NCBI GenBank assembly: GCA_977017645.1
Contig: OZ360237.1
Span: 39,060,001 to 39,124,000, forward strand
Reading direction: 5' to 3'
Length of the DNA: 64,000 nucleotides
DNA from: Torpedo marmorata
Taxonomy: Eukaryota
This document shows, in pieces, positions 24,446 to 36,747 of the stretch. Both the position numbers and the translations under genes were made by a program. Below the pieces are notes generated by a model. That model had not been told where the DNA came from, did no database searches, and saw only the letters and a list, made by a program, of their open reading frames with translations. Every line of letters begins with the position of its first letter. Within the stretch, counting starts at the first letter, position 1.

Positions 24446-25026
24446 AATAATTTTCCAGCTTCACTAAAACTGATGTTCACCTGCTCCCCATATTGACCGG
24501 GGTGGGTTCCAAAAGTGAGGAAGAGGAGAGAAGGAAAAAATTTGTCTTCAGTTGCCAGAGATTAAAAAAAAAGGTCTATCATTATCAAGCAGCATCTGTC
24601 CTTAGCTCTGCAAGTACAGCTCCAAGAATTGATTGGGACCAACAAGCAGCTAATGCTCACACACACGTATGGTTGTTAATTAAAGATGAATTTCTTCCTG
24701 AGAGAACTTGCGTCACTTGGTTTTTACTGCTGCAACCTGACCGACACACTGTGCTTCCTTGTGAATGAGGAACACTCTTTGGCAAGCAGGAACACATTTG
24801 CTAAGGAGGCTCAATCCTTGATCCTGGAGGGACTGGATCTTTGAATCTTGCTGACTGGGTCTTGGAAAGGGATTGGGTGTCAGGGTCAGTTGGCAGGGAA
24901 GACGTACTTTGGGAAGACAGAGTAGAAATCAATTCCTCCAATCCTCGTGCAAAGCCATAATGATCACTGCTATCCTTGCCTCCCTCAAGCTACTCAGTTG
25001 CCTGAGATTCAGGAGCTCAGCAGTAA

Positions 25027-25191
25027 TTTTTAAATTTAAATTTAGACATACAGCACGGTAACAGGCCTTTTTGGCCACCCAATTAACCTACAACCCCCTT
25101 ATGTTTTGAAGGGTGGGAGGAAACCAGAGCACCCGGAGGAAACCCACACAGGCACAGGGAGAACATACAAACTCCTTACAGACAGCGCCAG
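25027..25191 (-). mobile_element. Truncated V-SINE
   Basis: V core and tttaaa tail. Confidence 0.8.
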
Positions 25192-25519
25192 ATAAAACCA
25201 ATTAAAAACCAATGATTAAACCAATAAAATAAAATAGGTCTGGCAAAACTCACAAACTTCAATGCTGGTCCCACACACCACACCTCCAATCAAATAGGAA
25301 AATTGCAATTGGGTTGTCATTCATATTTTTCCACTGAAACATTTCACAAAACTCTAACACACCTCCTTCTAAGTGCTGTTGTTTAAAATAAATAGTTATG
25401 ATATAATCACACAAATGAAGTTAGAAAGCTATGAATTATAAAATGCAACCTCCACGGAACCATAAATTCACCATTAGTAAGAAATTCCCAATTTAAAAAA
25501 GGCTTGGGAAAAAGCCAGA

Positions 25520-25890
25520 GAATTATAAACCAAGAACAGTATATAACATTATGGGAGGTACAGACAGGATAGATGGGAAGAGTACTTTTCCCAGGAAGCA
25601 AATACTCAATGGCATAGGTCGAGGATGATAGGGGGAAAATGTAAAGGAGATTTGGAAGGCAAGTTGTTTTTGCTTTTAGCAGATGAAAGGAGTCTTGAAC
25701 GGCAACAGGGGAGGTGGGAGAAGCGGATATGATAGCAATGTTTCAGAGGCATTTTGACAGACGTGTGACCAGTCAAGAGAATGGAGGGTTAGAGACAACA
25801 TGCAGGCAAATAAGGGTTAGTTTGGACTGGCATCGTGGTTGGTGCAGACAACATGAGCCAAGGAGCCTGTTCCTGTGGAGTAATGTTCCA
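25520..25890 (+). mobile_element. Old CR1 3' fragment
   Basis: Decayed similarity to other CR1 3' ends in the window. Confidence 0.55.
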
Positions 25891-26028
25891 TGCAAAACTC
25901 TAAACTGTTTAACAGGGAAAACTGCAGAATCATTAGTCAAGCAAATGCTTAGAGAACATTAGGGAAGCAGAGTTTGAATTAGCATACTTATTTGGTGTCA
26001 GAAACCATAACAAGGCACAAGGCACAGT

Positions 26029-26776
26029 AGGCTTTTTCACACCGCAGAGTGTATGTGGGCAAACCGGGTGATTTTCCCGGTAACTTATCTGGTAATGGTG
26101 CAGTCTGAAAAGGCCCAACCTTGCATGGCAGGTCAAAATCGACCAGGCTCCGAGACCTAGTCAGGGGTACTCTCAGAGCCTGGACGAGTTAACCCGGCAA
26201 CCGTCTTCTGGCGGTCTGAAAAAGCAAATGGCTTACCTGGTAAGATTACTGACGTCAGCGCCTGTGGGCTTGCGTCACATAAAACCCATAACAATAGAAA
26301 TATGAGATACAACAATATAAATGTTACTTTAACGATGCCAAAGGGAACTAAGCCACAATATAAAAAGTATTTTAAAATTGAAAAACTTGTAGCTTACCGA
26401 AATCAAAAAACAACAGGCCTGCTCAGGGCGCCGGCGGTTCAATGTGGGATGAATGGACGTCTTCCTTACCCATAATCCTCCACGCAGCTGGAACTGCTCT
26501 GCGTTTCCCTGGCGCTGGCAAAGTGGCAGAGGGGGATTACGGGTAACGAAGATGGCCATTGATCCCGCATTGTGCCGTCGCCCTGAGCAGGCCCGTTGTT
26601 TTTTGAAACTTTCCTGTGAGTGCGTAACGCGTCACTCGCATCATCATCGTTGGAGGTGGGACCGCCTGGTTGCTGCTTCAACTGGTAAGTTAGGCTGCGG
26701 TATGAAAGACCCCGGAGGTCCAGGCTTCCCTGGAACTTTTCCCAGGATACAAGACGTCGGCGGTGTGAAAAGGCCT
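26029..26776. mobile_element. DNA transposon MITE, PIF/Harbinger-like
   Basis: TIR aggctttttcacaccgc / gcggtgtgaaaaggcct, flanked by agt/agt; internal inverted repeat 26405-26430 vs 26579-26605. Confidence 0.7.
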
Positions 26777-26799
26777 AGTGACTGGATAATGAAGGATGC

Positions 26800-27066
26800 A
26801 GCACAGAAGGAACAGGAGTCAGCCTTCTGGGCCTTCAAGCCTCCCCATTTGTTCAGCAGGATCATGGCTGATCTACCATTTTCCTGCACTATCCCCATGT
26901 CCCTTGATTTCCATAATATCCAGAAACTATTGCTCACTGCTTTGAATGAACTCAATTATCAAGCCTCCACAGCCTTCCCAAATGGCGAATCCCAAAGATT
27001 CGCTGCTCACTCACGGAAGAAATTGTTCCTCATTTTAATCCTAAATGGCCAACCCTTATTCTGAGG
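26800..27066 (-). mobile_element. Old CR1 3' fragment
   Basis: gatcatggctgatct motif and 3' end similarity to 4980-5260. Confidence 0.65.
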
Positions 27067-28061
27067 CTATACTTAGGACAGATGTTGAACTTTTATTTCC
27101 CATTAGATAATGACTGGATTCCCAGTTGTCAAGGTAAAGGGCTTAGATCACTTTTATTTTAAAACAGACAATTTATTTTGGAAAAAATAGAACATGCAAC
27201 TTCCATAAAAGTAGGATGGTTATCACAAAACTTCTCACTATGTTCCACCCACAGAAAATATGATGTTCCCAACGTCCTTTCATTTTTTACACTACGAGTA
27301 GAACGCATTTGAGAGCAACCTGAACGAATCTTTTGGAATCCATTCAATTATTTTTGGAACAGGAATAGAATGGAGTTTTTGCAGAAGAGCATTATTTAAA
27401 AATGTACCAACCATCAAGACAAAGTGACCCAATTGATTGGACAATTTAATCACATTTCAGTGATTTATTTGATGCCATGTTTTCATGTTGCTTTGATTCT
27501 CATTCTCGGCTTACAGAATCCACTGCAAAAGTTAAAATCCCCGAAGAACAAAGACATTTGAGTAATTTAATTGATTCAGTTTTCTTTTTTACTTTCCTGA
27601 CTAATTAGCCAGGACATGGTTTCAGTGGCAAGCCATTTCAATTCTCCGCCCCATTCTCATGCTGATATGTCTGTCCATGGTCTCATGCACTGCCACACTG
27701 AGACCACCCACAAATTGGAGGAAGAAAACCTCATATTCCATCTGGGCACCCTCCAACTGGATGGCATTAACATCGACTTCTCATGTTTCCGTTAGACCCC
27801 CACCCTGGTCTCTCCCCTTCCCCCATTCCTCTGTCTCCTCCAGCTCTGCATTCACAGTGCCACACCGCCCCCCCCCCCTTCCCTGATCATATCTTACCTT
27901 TCCTCTCCTGCCCTCCTATCTATGTCCAATTATGGCCTTTTGCCTGTTCCCCCTGCCCTTTTTTCCTTACTCTCCCATCCTTTTTATTCAGACAAGAAAC
28001 ACAAATGCTGGAGCAGCTCAGCAGGTCAAACAGTGTCTTTTATGTAGCAAAGGTAGAAATA

Positions 28062-28102
28062 CATAACCGACGTTTCAGGCTTGAGCCCTTCATTAAAGTA
28101 TG
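28062..28102 (-). ncRNA. Hammerhead motif, core mutated (UUAAUGA)
   Basis: catactttaatgaagggctcaagcctgaaacgtcggttatg. Confidence 0.5.
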
Positions 28103-29001
28103 AGAAAATGCTGGCAGGCGTACGAACAAAAGAGTGAGGGGGGCAAGGGGGGTGGCAAAGGCAGGAGATGATAGGTGGAGAAAGGAGGGAGGGGACAGCA
28201 GCAAAGAGGGGGAGGAGGGATGGCTGAGTGGGTGTAAAAACTGGCAGGACAGGACAGGGGGGATGGGAAGGAAAAGGCGAGCAGGTTTAGTGGAAAGCAG
28301 AAAAGTCAATGTTAATGCCATCTGGCTGGAGAGTGCCCAGACGGAAAATGAGATGTTGTTCCTCCAATTTGCAGGTGGTCTGGGTGGGATAGTACATAAG
28401 GCCATGGACAGACATGTGAGTGTGGGAGTGTGACTCGGAATTGAAATGGCTGGCTACTGGGAGGTCGCTGTTGTTGTGGACGGAGAGGAGGTGCTCAGCA
28501 AAGCGATCTCCCAATCTACGACCGGTCTCTCCGATGTAGAGAATGCCACAAAGGGAGCACCGGATGCAGTGAATTCTCTACATCGGAGAGACCGGTCGTA
28601 GATTGGGAGATCGCTTCGCTGAGCACATCCTCTCTGTCCGCAACAACAGTGACCTCCCAGTAGCCAACCACTTCAATTCTGAGTCACACTCACATGTCTG
28701 TCCATGGCCTTATGTACTATCCCACCCAGACCACCCGCAAATTGGAGGAACAACATCTTATTTTCCGTCTGGGCACTCTCCAGCCAGATGGCATTAACAT
28801 TGACTTTTCTTCTTTCCACTAAACCTGCTCTCCTTTTCCTTCCCCTCCCCCCTGTCCTGTCCTTCCAGTTTTTTTTCCACCCACCCAGCCATCCCTCCTC
28901 CCCCTCTTTGCTGCTGTCCCCTCCCTCTTTTCTCCACCTATCATCTCCTGCCTTTGCCACCCCCCCTCACTCTTTTGTTCGGACGCCTGCCGGCATTTTC
29001 T

Positions 29002-29042
29002 CATAGTTTGATGAAGGGCTCAAGCCCGAAACGTCAGTTATG
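29002..29042 (+). ncRNA. Minimal hammerhead ribozyme motif
   Basis: catagtttgatgaagggctcaagcccgaaacgtcagttatg. Confidence 0.7.
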
Positions 29043-29299
29043 TATTTCTACCTTTGATACATAAAAGACACTGTTTGACCTGCTGAGTTTCTCCAGCATT
29101 TGTGTTTTTTACTTCAACCACAGTGTCTACAGATTTTCGTGATTTACTTTTTATTCAGGCACCTGCCTGCTTTTTGCTCACATCTTGAAGAAGGGCTCAG
29201 GCCCGAAACATTGGTTCTATGCATTTATTTCCTATGGATGCTGCATGACCTGCTGAGTTTCTTCAGCATTTTTTTTTCACTTTAGCCAAGTCCATCCTA

Positions 29300-30149
29300 T
29301 TTCCCAATGTCAGTTTCCATTCAATTCTTGTTCTTTTGATTCTGAACTCGGTCTAGTTTGCTACTGCACTTTGAACCATAGGTGTTTCAGTAGGAGAGGA
29401 AGAGTGTAATAACAAGGAAGGTGTTACAAAGAATAAGTGTGACAGCTGTGACAAGATGTGCACAATATCCAAGACATTGAATATATATTTGGCAACTCTG
29501 CTAAATGGTACATATCATTTGCAAAATTACTTCTGTGTTGCAAACTAAAATGTGTATTAATATTTCTAAGGATGACCTGCAATCATCACACAAAAGCAAT
29601 TTAAATCTACATACAAATTTGGACAAAATAAAATTCTTTTATTTGCCATCATTCTGTAAGGCAAATAAGGAGTGCAGTATAATTTTACAATAATATAATC
29701 TTTCTGCTTATTTTCAGTGGAGAAACATCCACATGAAATTAGAAGGCCAAGGAATTTCAGATCAGTTGTTGTGCCAGCCAAGTGGATTCAAGAGGTGGGT
29801 CCATCAAAGCCGTCGTGTGGTGGGGAGGTACAGCGCACACTTGCAATCAGTATCCTTTCCATTCTTTCTGCGGGGGTCTTGCTGCGAGTGTTCTGCCAGT
29901 ATCTGTCAGGTCTGCAGCTGCAATACACGGCTATTAACATACAGAAAGTCCCCAGGGGAAATGCACGCGAGGTAAATATGTCAAGTGCCGCGTCTACAGA
30001 TAGCTTCAATTAGTTTGGGAGCACTTTCCCACTGTCAGTTTCCATTCAATTCTTGTTCTTTTGATTCCTAACTCGGTCTAGTTTGCTATTGCACTTTAAA
30101 CCATAGGTGTTTCTGTAGGAGAGGAATGGTGTAATAATAAGGAAGGTGT
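29300..30149. repeat. Pair of 125-bp direct repeats (29300-29424 and 30025-30149)
   Basis: tttcccaatgtcagtttccattcaattcttg...aaggaaggtgt repeated 725 bp apart with few substitutions. Confidence 0.9.
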
Positions 30150-30715
30150 CCGCATTCACCGAGCTGCGTGTGGAGGGAATGCTGCACTCAGTTTTTTGGG
30201 GGGATGAAATAAGATGATCTAAACAAGAGAACCATCTAATGCACTGACCCATTCAGTGACTAAATCACAGAGGTCACTACCACTGCTAATTTGAAACGGC
30301 CTTACCATCTTGCCAACTAAATTATTATTCGCAGCTTCAATGTTTTTTGTCCTCAATCAGCCTGAGAAGCTTTCTTTGAAATGGAGATCGGCAATGGACA
30401 ACAGAGTAGATACAACAAAGTGGACAAGAACTGAGTAGCTAGGGGCAGGATTCACCTCCTCGTGGAAGTCAGAGGTGACACGTGAAATACCACAACAGCA
30501 CAAAAGTAGCTTCAAATTTCAGATTCACAGAGCACTTTTCTTTTTATTTGGCCAGGTCAAGTTTTAAGCAATCAGGTTTCAGAGCACACAAAATAAAACT
30601 GTATTGTCCAAAATAAATACTTTCTTTTCCCCTTTCCTTAATATAACACTACTCCAGTACCAAAGATGCATCTGCAATATTGTAACATTTTTTGCACCAA
30701 CTGCCATTGTGAATA

Positions 30716-32248
30716 CAGGTTTCCCCCGCTATCCAAAAGTAGAGCGTTCCTATGAAACCTTTCGTAAGCCGAAATGGCGTAAAGCGAAGAAGCAATTACC
30801 ATTAATTCATATGGGAAAAAATTTTGAGCGTTCCCAGACCCAAATAATAACCTACCAAATCATACCAATTAACACATAAAACCTAAAATAACACTAACAT
30901 ATAGTAAAAGCAGGAATGATATGACACAAGCACGACTGTTGGGGAACAGAGGGCATCATTTGTGAAGATGGCAGCACTGCCGGAGCCGCTGTAGCGGCAG
31001 CGCTGCCGCTGGTGCGGACCCGCGAGGAGCGAGGGAGCGGAGATACAGCGCTCCCACGGGGTCCAGCCGCCCAGTCAACTGCCGTCGGTTCTGCACGGGC
31101 TTTGAACGGCCCGTTAAAGGAGCCGACGGTGGTTTTATTTGAGATCCCGCGACCGCGGGGTCTGCGCCCAAGATGGCAGCGCCTATTAATCAGCAGCAGC
31201 CACGAGGGGCTGCAGACTCCAGGGAAGCGGGGGACTGGAGCAGGGCACCAGTGGACGGGAAGATCACCCCCCGTCTGAGAAGGAGAAGCAGAGGAGACAA
31301 CCCACGGGACGGTGAGCATAGCGGCGGACCGGTGAGGGGCTCTGAGGCTGAAGGACCAGTGCATGCGGCGGGCTGCTGGCGACTCGAGGCGAGGAACCCG
31401 CGGAGGCTGTGGGCTGCTGGAGAATACTGTCGGGGGACTCACGACGGGCTGCGGACTGCTGGAGGTTGGCTCGAACTGGCTGGAGGAGTACCAGGTATCG
31501 GAAACGGGATGTGAGGGGGTGCCGAGGGCGACCTGACCGTGTTGGAGGTTCGGATCTGGAGCTCGGGATGCCGATCGTTTGGACTGGACTCTGTGTGGCT
31601 GCGGAGGATGCGGAAGCGCTGGAGGCGAATCTATGGACACTCAGTGACACTGGGGGGACTCTTTTTTGCTTCTCTTTCTCTGACTGTAAGGAATGTTAGA
31701 GGCGCTTAGGCAATTTCTGTCTGCCTTGCAGCAGGCAAAAAGAAATTTCATGGAATATGACACTGTCTTATTACTGTGACAATAAATTGAATCTTGAATC
31801 TTGAATAAATACACAGCCTATATAAATGTCTTTATTTCGTTCACCAAGATCGAAACGCTTAAATACGTCCAGTTTTACGCTAAGCGTAACACCCTTACGA
31901 GCTCTCTTAGGCTTTTCTGATACCTTAGGACACATCTTGCTAATGGATGCACAAAATAAATCGAGATAAAGCACAGATGCTCACAGACACAGTTCAAAGC
32001 TATGGCAGCTTGATGCTGAGATGCTGAGTGTAGTTCCGGGGGAAGGAGCTTGGTGGCGCCACTCTCGCTGCTCGGGGTGTGCGCTGCCTCTATAACGGCT
32101 CGCTGCTAAACAAACGCTGAACGTTATTTTCGCTTTTCGCCTTTTTTCGTAAAAGTGAAAATCCTGTTCGGATTCTTTCGGTTAGCGAAAACAGGTACGA
32201 ATGTAGGTCTTTCGTAAAAGTGAACTTTCGAAAAGCAGGGGATACCTG
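30716..32248 (-). mobile_element. Tigger/pogo-like non-autonomous DNA transposon with CENP-B-type HTH remnant
   Basis: TIR caggtttcccccgct / agcaggggatacctg with TA flanks; MCPKVSEKPKRARKGVTLSVKLDVFKRFDLGERNKDI (31771..31974) resembles Tigger transposase N-terminus. Confidence 0.85.
30923..31805 (+). mobile_element. GC-rich non-coding retroposon with Rex1/Babar-like tail, nested in the Tigger element
   Basis: Ends gacaataaattgaatcttgaatcttgaa; two aagatggcagc motifs near the 5' end; no RT similarity seen. Confidence 0.65.
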
Positions 32249-32667
32249 TATTTATCTATCCCTTCATATGTATTTTTTTCCTCTCATGTAGTTAATTTAA
32301 TTTCTACTTATTTGTTGCAAATAGTTTACATCCCTGCATATCGACAATAAGAATTTCAGTGCATCTGTCCATTGTATTGCTGACCAATGGTGCTGATTCC
32401 AGCTTTATAAACATACCATGTGCTCCAGTCAATCAGGAGCAAGAATTTTTCCCAACGGTACATCAATTTCCCGACCCAGTGTCTTCCTTGTCATTAATCA
32501 AAACTCTACTGCAAAGACCGGGTGAACGTCAATTGAAAATACCAACTCTATTCCGAGTGTTGTCACTTTTTGGGGAAGTAAATCCACATTTGCACGGGAA
32601 GACCTTGTTTAAACATTTGACATGCATTAACGTGCAGATGTACATGTTCATCAAGGCACTATGCTCA

Positions 32668-32939
32668 GAAAAAAAAACACAGAGAAATGCTGGAGGAACT
32701 CGACCGGTCTCGCAGCGTCCGAAGGGGGTAAACATATAATTATTGACGTTTCAGGCCGGAGCCCTTCCTCACGGTATAAGCAAAAAGCAGGCAGGCACCT
32801 TAATTAAAGATGAAAGATTAAGGAGGAAGAATGGCAGGGGGAGGAGTCCAGACCAACAAAAGGTGTTAATTGGATATGATAAAAGGAGAGGTGAGAATTG
32901 ATTTTGGCTCTGTGAAAAAAGACAGAGGGAAAAGGGAAA

Positions 32940-32974
<35 letters not shown>

Positions 32975-33255
32975 GCTGGGGGAAAGGCGACAGGGGGAAA
33001 AAGAAGGGGGGGTGTTTAACAGAAACCAGAGAGGTTGATGTCAATGCCATCCGGTTGGAGGGTGCCCAAACTGAAGATGAGGTGTTGTTCCTCCAATTTG
33101 CGGGTGGTCTCAGTCTGGCAGTGCATGAGACAATGGACAGACATGTCAGCAAGGGAATGGGGCGAGGAATTGAAATGAATAGCCGTCGGGAGATCCACGC
33201 TATTGTGGTGGACAGAGCCAAGGTGATCAAAGATCTCCCAGTCTGCCCCAAGTCT
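32668..33255 (-). mobile_element. PLE 3' fragment with hammerhead-like motif
   Basis: RKLEEQHLIFSLGTLQPDGIDINL; minus-strand gtgaggaagggctccggcctgaaacgtc (~32745-32773). Confidence 0.85.
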
Positions 33256-33411
33256 CTCCGATACTGTGTTCGGTGCAGATGTGATGGGTCGAAGGGTTCA
33301 TTCCTGTGCTAAAGGCTCACACTGAGTCTTCAGGAGAAGAAGCATTGTCCTTGCTCAACAGAGAGAATCTTGTAACAATTATAGTACCCATGCACTCCCC
33401 ATTCTTTGGTT

Positions 33412-33785
33412 CAGTGGTTTTCAAACTGCCCCCCTAAACTCACATTCCACCTTAAGCAATCCCTATGCCATAAGTGTTCTGTGATTAGTAAGGGATTGCT
33501 TAAGGAGCTATGTGAGTGGAAAGAAAAAGTTTGTAAACCACTGTTTTAATTGTACCTAATTGACTCGTTATGTGCACGGTTTCATAACTCCAAAGGAAAT
33601 GGGCCAATGACAATTTTTCTCAAGCAAAATATTTCAGTAACAATTGGGTCTAGAGCAGTGGTTCTCAACCTTCCCTTCCCACTCACATACCACCTTAAGA
33701 AATCCCTTACTAATCACAGAGCACTTATGGCATAGGGATTGCTTAAGGTGGAATGTGAGTGGGAAGGGAAGGTTGAGAACCACTG
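33412..33785. mobile_element. Composite hAT (Charlie/MER5-like) MITE: two ~130-bp palindromic units in inverted orientation
   Basis: cagtggttttcaaac...gtaaaccactg (33412-33543) and cagtggttctcaacc...ggttgagaaccactg (33656-33785); 8-bp flanks ctttggtt/cttcagtt. Confidence 0.8.
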
Positions 33786-34454
33786 CTTCAGTTCAACCAA
33801 CTTCTTGCTTACTGTGCATTAAACCTTGCACCTCGAAGCAAATCAACTACAAATATTTATCCTAGAAAATTTGGTGGTTCCCTGAATTTAAAAAAATGAT
33901 TGATATTAGAATGGGAATTTCCATCATTGGCAACCTGAATCCCACCTACCACTCACAAAGAGGCAGCATCTTCAACAGACATACACTCGGATTTCTTGGC
34001 CTTTTACCAGGGAAATCACTGGCAAATTCTCAGTTGGAATACTGCTGCCAATCCTGACCACCAGGAAGGATGATCAAACTTTGGCAAAGAGTGTTGAGGA
34101 TATATCCCTGAATATCAGTAAGGGAGAAGAACTTAATGTCGAGAGACTGGACAAGGTGGGGAGTGCTCGGCTGAGAGCATAGAAGGAAAACGGGAAAATT
34201 AACGGAAACGTTCAAAATTATGAGGGGCTTCATAGATTAATGGGAAAAAGGACTTTTCCACTGGCAAGTATTGTACAAAGATAAACAGATTTCTGGTAAT
34301 TAGCAAATTACCACGAAAGAGAATCAGGAAAAAAAAAGTTATGCAACAAATTATTGTGGAGGGTGAAAATTGCAGGCTGACAGAGAAAGAGCAGAAAAAT
34401 AGTCCTAATTCCAAAACTCTTCAAGTGGACTGTCATGGTCAAAGTGGGCGAAAT

Positions 34455-34728
34455 TTTAAAATTAAATGTAAATTAAAATTGAAACTTTAAATTTAAATTT
34501 TAAATTTAGAGGCATAGCACGGTAACAGGCCCTACCAGCCCACAAGCCCGTGCCGCTCAAATACACCAATTAACTTACAAACCCCATACGTTTTTGGAAT
34601 GTGGGAGGAAACCAGAGCACCTGGAGGAAACCCACGCAGTCACAGGGAGAACATGCAAACTCCTTACAGACAGCGCCGGATTCGAACCTGGGATGCTGGC
34701 GCTAACCGCTACGCCAACCATGCTGCCC
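34455..34728 (-). mobile_element. V-SINE (HE1-like) with expanded tttaaa tail
   Basis: Core and tail as other copies. Confidence 0.85.
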
Positions 34729-34969
34729 TATGAATGGCCTTTTTCTGTGCTGATTCCATTCAAGAGTTAGGAAAACATGACATGCCCAGCTTTGAGCATG
34801 GAGCTAAAGTCATCCATTTGGAAAGGCAGATCTTCTATAGTTGGATGGCAGGCTGTGGTAGAATTGATTTTCTCTCAATATCTCCTTGAGCCTCTGTAAC
34901 ACAGACACGCAGCTTGTACTATGTCGCCTTCAAAGCCTGTATAGAGAACAGGCAGTAGAAAGCAAGGAA

Positions 34970-35478
34970 TGAAACACCAAAGTCTGCACACGTTGTGATT
35001 GTAGTAAAAACACAGAAATACTGGAGGAACTCAGCAGGTCTCGCAGCGTCCATGGGAGATAAAGATACCGTATATACCGACGTTTTGGGCCTGAGTCCTT
35101 CTTCAAGGTATGAGTAAAAATCAGGCAGGTGTCTGCATTAAAAAGCCAGGGCGAAGGAAAGAAAAGGCAGGGGGAGGAGTACAGACCAACAGACAAATGG
35201 TGTTAATTGGATATGGAAGACAGGAGAGAGGAAAGGTGAGAATTAATAGGGGGAGGGGCATGGGGATGGCTCTGTGAATGCAGAACTGGGGGAAAGGATA
35301 CAGAGGGGAAAGGGAAGAGAGAGAGACAGAGCTCGGGACACAGGGATAAATGAGGGGTGGGTGGCTAACGGAAACCGGAGAAGTCAATGTTAATGCCATT
35401 CGGTAGGAGGGCGCCCAGAGGGAATATGAGGTGTTGTTCCTCCAACTTGCGGGTGGTCTCAGTCTGGCAGTGCATGTA
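34970..35478 (-). mobile_element. PLE 3' fragment with hammerhead-like motif
   Basis: GIY-YIG end remnant; cataccttgaagaaggactcaggcccaaaacgtcggtat at 35072-35112. Confidence 0.85.
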
Positions 35479-36174
35479 CAAAGCAAAGGACAAACTGAAG
35501 GAACATTCCTGTCTTTTTTTGGAATTTCCCAGGAATCATTTGAATATCAGGGGGATTCTGTTCAATTACATTAACTATTTCTCGCATGAAGTAAATGGGG
35601 TGTGAATAGCAAACTCCCAGCCATCTGGGATAAGTGTCTTTGTGACACATGACCTCCAGCGAACCCATTGTTCATGTCTGATCGGATTCTGAGAATTTCC
35701 CTTTCACATGTGAAAATCTTCTCTTCCATCTCAAAAAGAATTGAACTCAGACACCAAGTAATCTTCTGAACAAAATATAAATAATTTACCCAAATCTAGT
35801 TTTTGATTCAAGTTATTCCAGTGAACGTCATTTTCAGTAACACTGATATCTTCCTGCTTGAGGAACATTTTTATGGTATTACTCTCAAGCACTTGAACAT
35901 TAGTTGAATTTTTAACCACACCAAACCATGTTTGTAAATAAGAACAGACTTATTGTAACAATTACTGAGCACACTAATGAGTCAGCTGCTCCATAATCTA
36001 TCGTCTCTGGTTGACAGCTATTGTACTTAAAGAGAAAGTACAATGTAAAATATACCTGAAAATTAATGACAATTTTTCATATTATGTAGTTGTGATTTTG
36101 GCCAAGTTAATTCCTGCAGTTTTTCCCTTGGAATCAAAATTTCCTTCCCCAACGATATTAAACAAGATGGGGAC

Positions 36175-36434
36175 ACACGAGAGACTGAAGATTCTGGAAT
36201 CTGGAGCGAAAAAAACAAATCTGCTGGAGGAACTCAGCGGGTCGAGCAGAATCAGTGGGAGAAAAGGAATGGTCAATTTTTCAGGCCAGAGCCCTTCATC
36301 GCGATTTAAATTTAAATTTAGAAATGCAGCACGGTAACAGGCCATTCCAGCCCACGAGCCCATGCCGCTCAAATACACCAATTAAACTAAAAACCTCGTA
36401 TGATTTTGGAAGGTGGGAGGAAACCGGAGCACCC
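36175..36434 (-). mobile_element. PLE terminal remnant followed by truncated V-SINE (36304-36434)
   Basis: tgctggaggaactcagc hairpin, decayed hammerhead, then SINE tail and core. Confidence 0.7.
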
Positions 36435-36747
36435 AGTGTAGGCACGGGGGTGGCACAGGCAACTGACCTCCAGCACATCATTGGCCTCTGTGTTTTAATG
36501 GGTGGACAAAGAGGTTAACGACGAACCAACCACGGGGGACGTGGCCGGCAAATTTCTGCCGAACCCACGACTCTTCCGAGCAAACTTCCCACGGAATCGC
36601 ACATGCTCAATGAACTTCAGTACCCCAAACTAGAAGGTGAAAAACTCAACTCATGAAGGCTTCTCCAATCCACCCACCTCTGCTTGAACATACCCAAATG
36701 GCTATCTGGTGAGAGCAGGTGAACAAAAAGTCCACAGACGCTGGGGG

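Larger units (their letters stand above)
27995..29146. mobile_element. Young PLE insertion made of two inverted 3' arms (fold-back palindrome)
   Basis: Left arm minus 27995-28570, right arm plus 28573-29146; 15-bp TSD ctttttattcagaca/ctttttattcaggca (27980-27994, 29147-29161). Confidence 0.9.
27625..29280 (+). mobile_element. Older PLE 3' fragment (27625-27994 and 29147-29280) acting as target of a younger PLE
   Basis: GIY-YIG end remnant, pyrimidine-rich UTR, resumes after TSD with ttgaagaagggctcaggcccgaaac. Confidence 0.8.

Noticed and set aside
26453-27064. 203-aa ORF
   Set aside because: Spans a MITE and an antisense CR1 fragment; no domain
30894-31640. 248-aa ORF
   Set aside because: Low-complexity antisense frame of a GC-rich retroposon
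35789-35852. Possible minus-strand exon (EDISVTENDVHWNNLNQKLDL)
   Set aside because: Weak acceptor and no recognisable protein similarity
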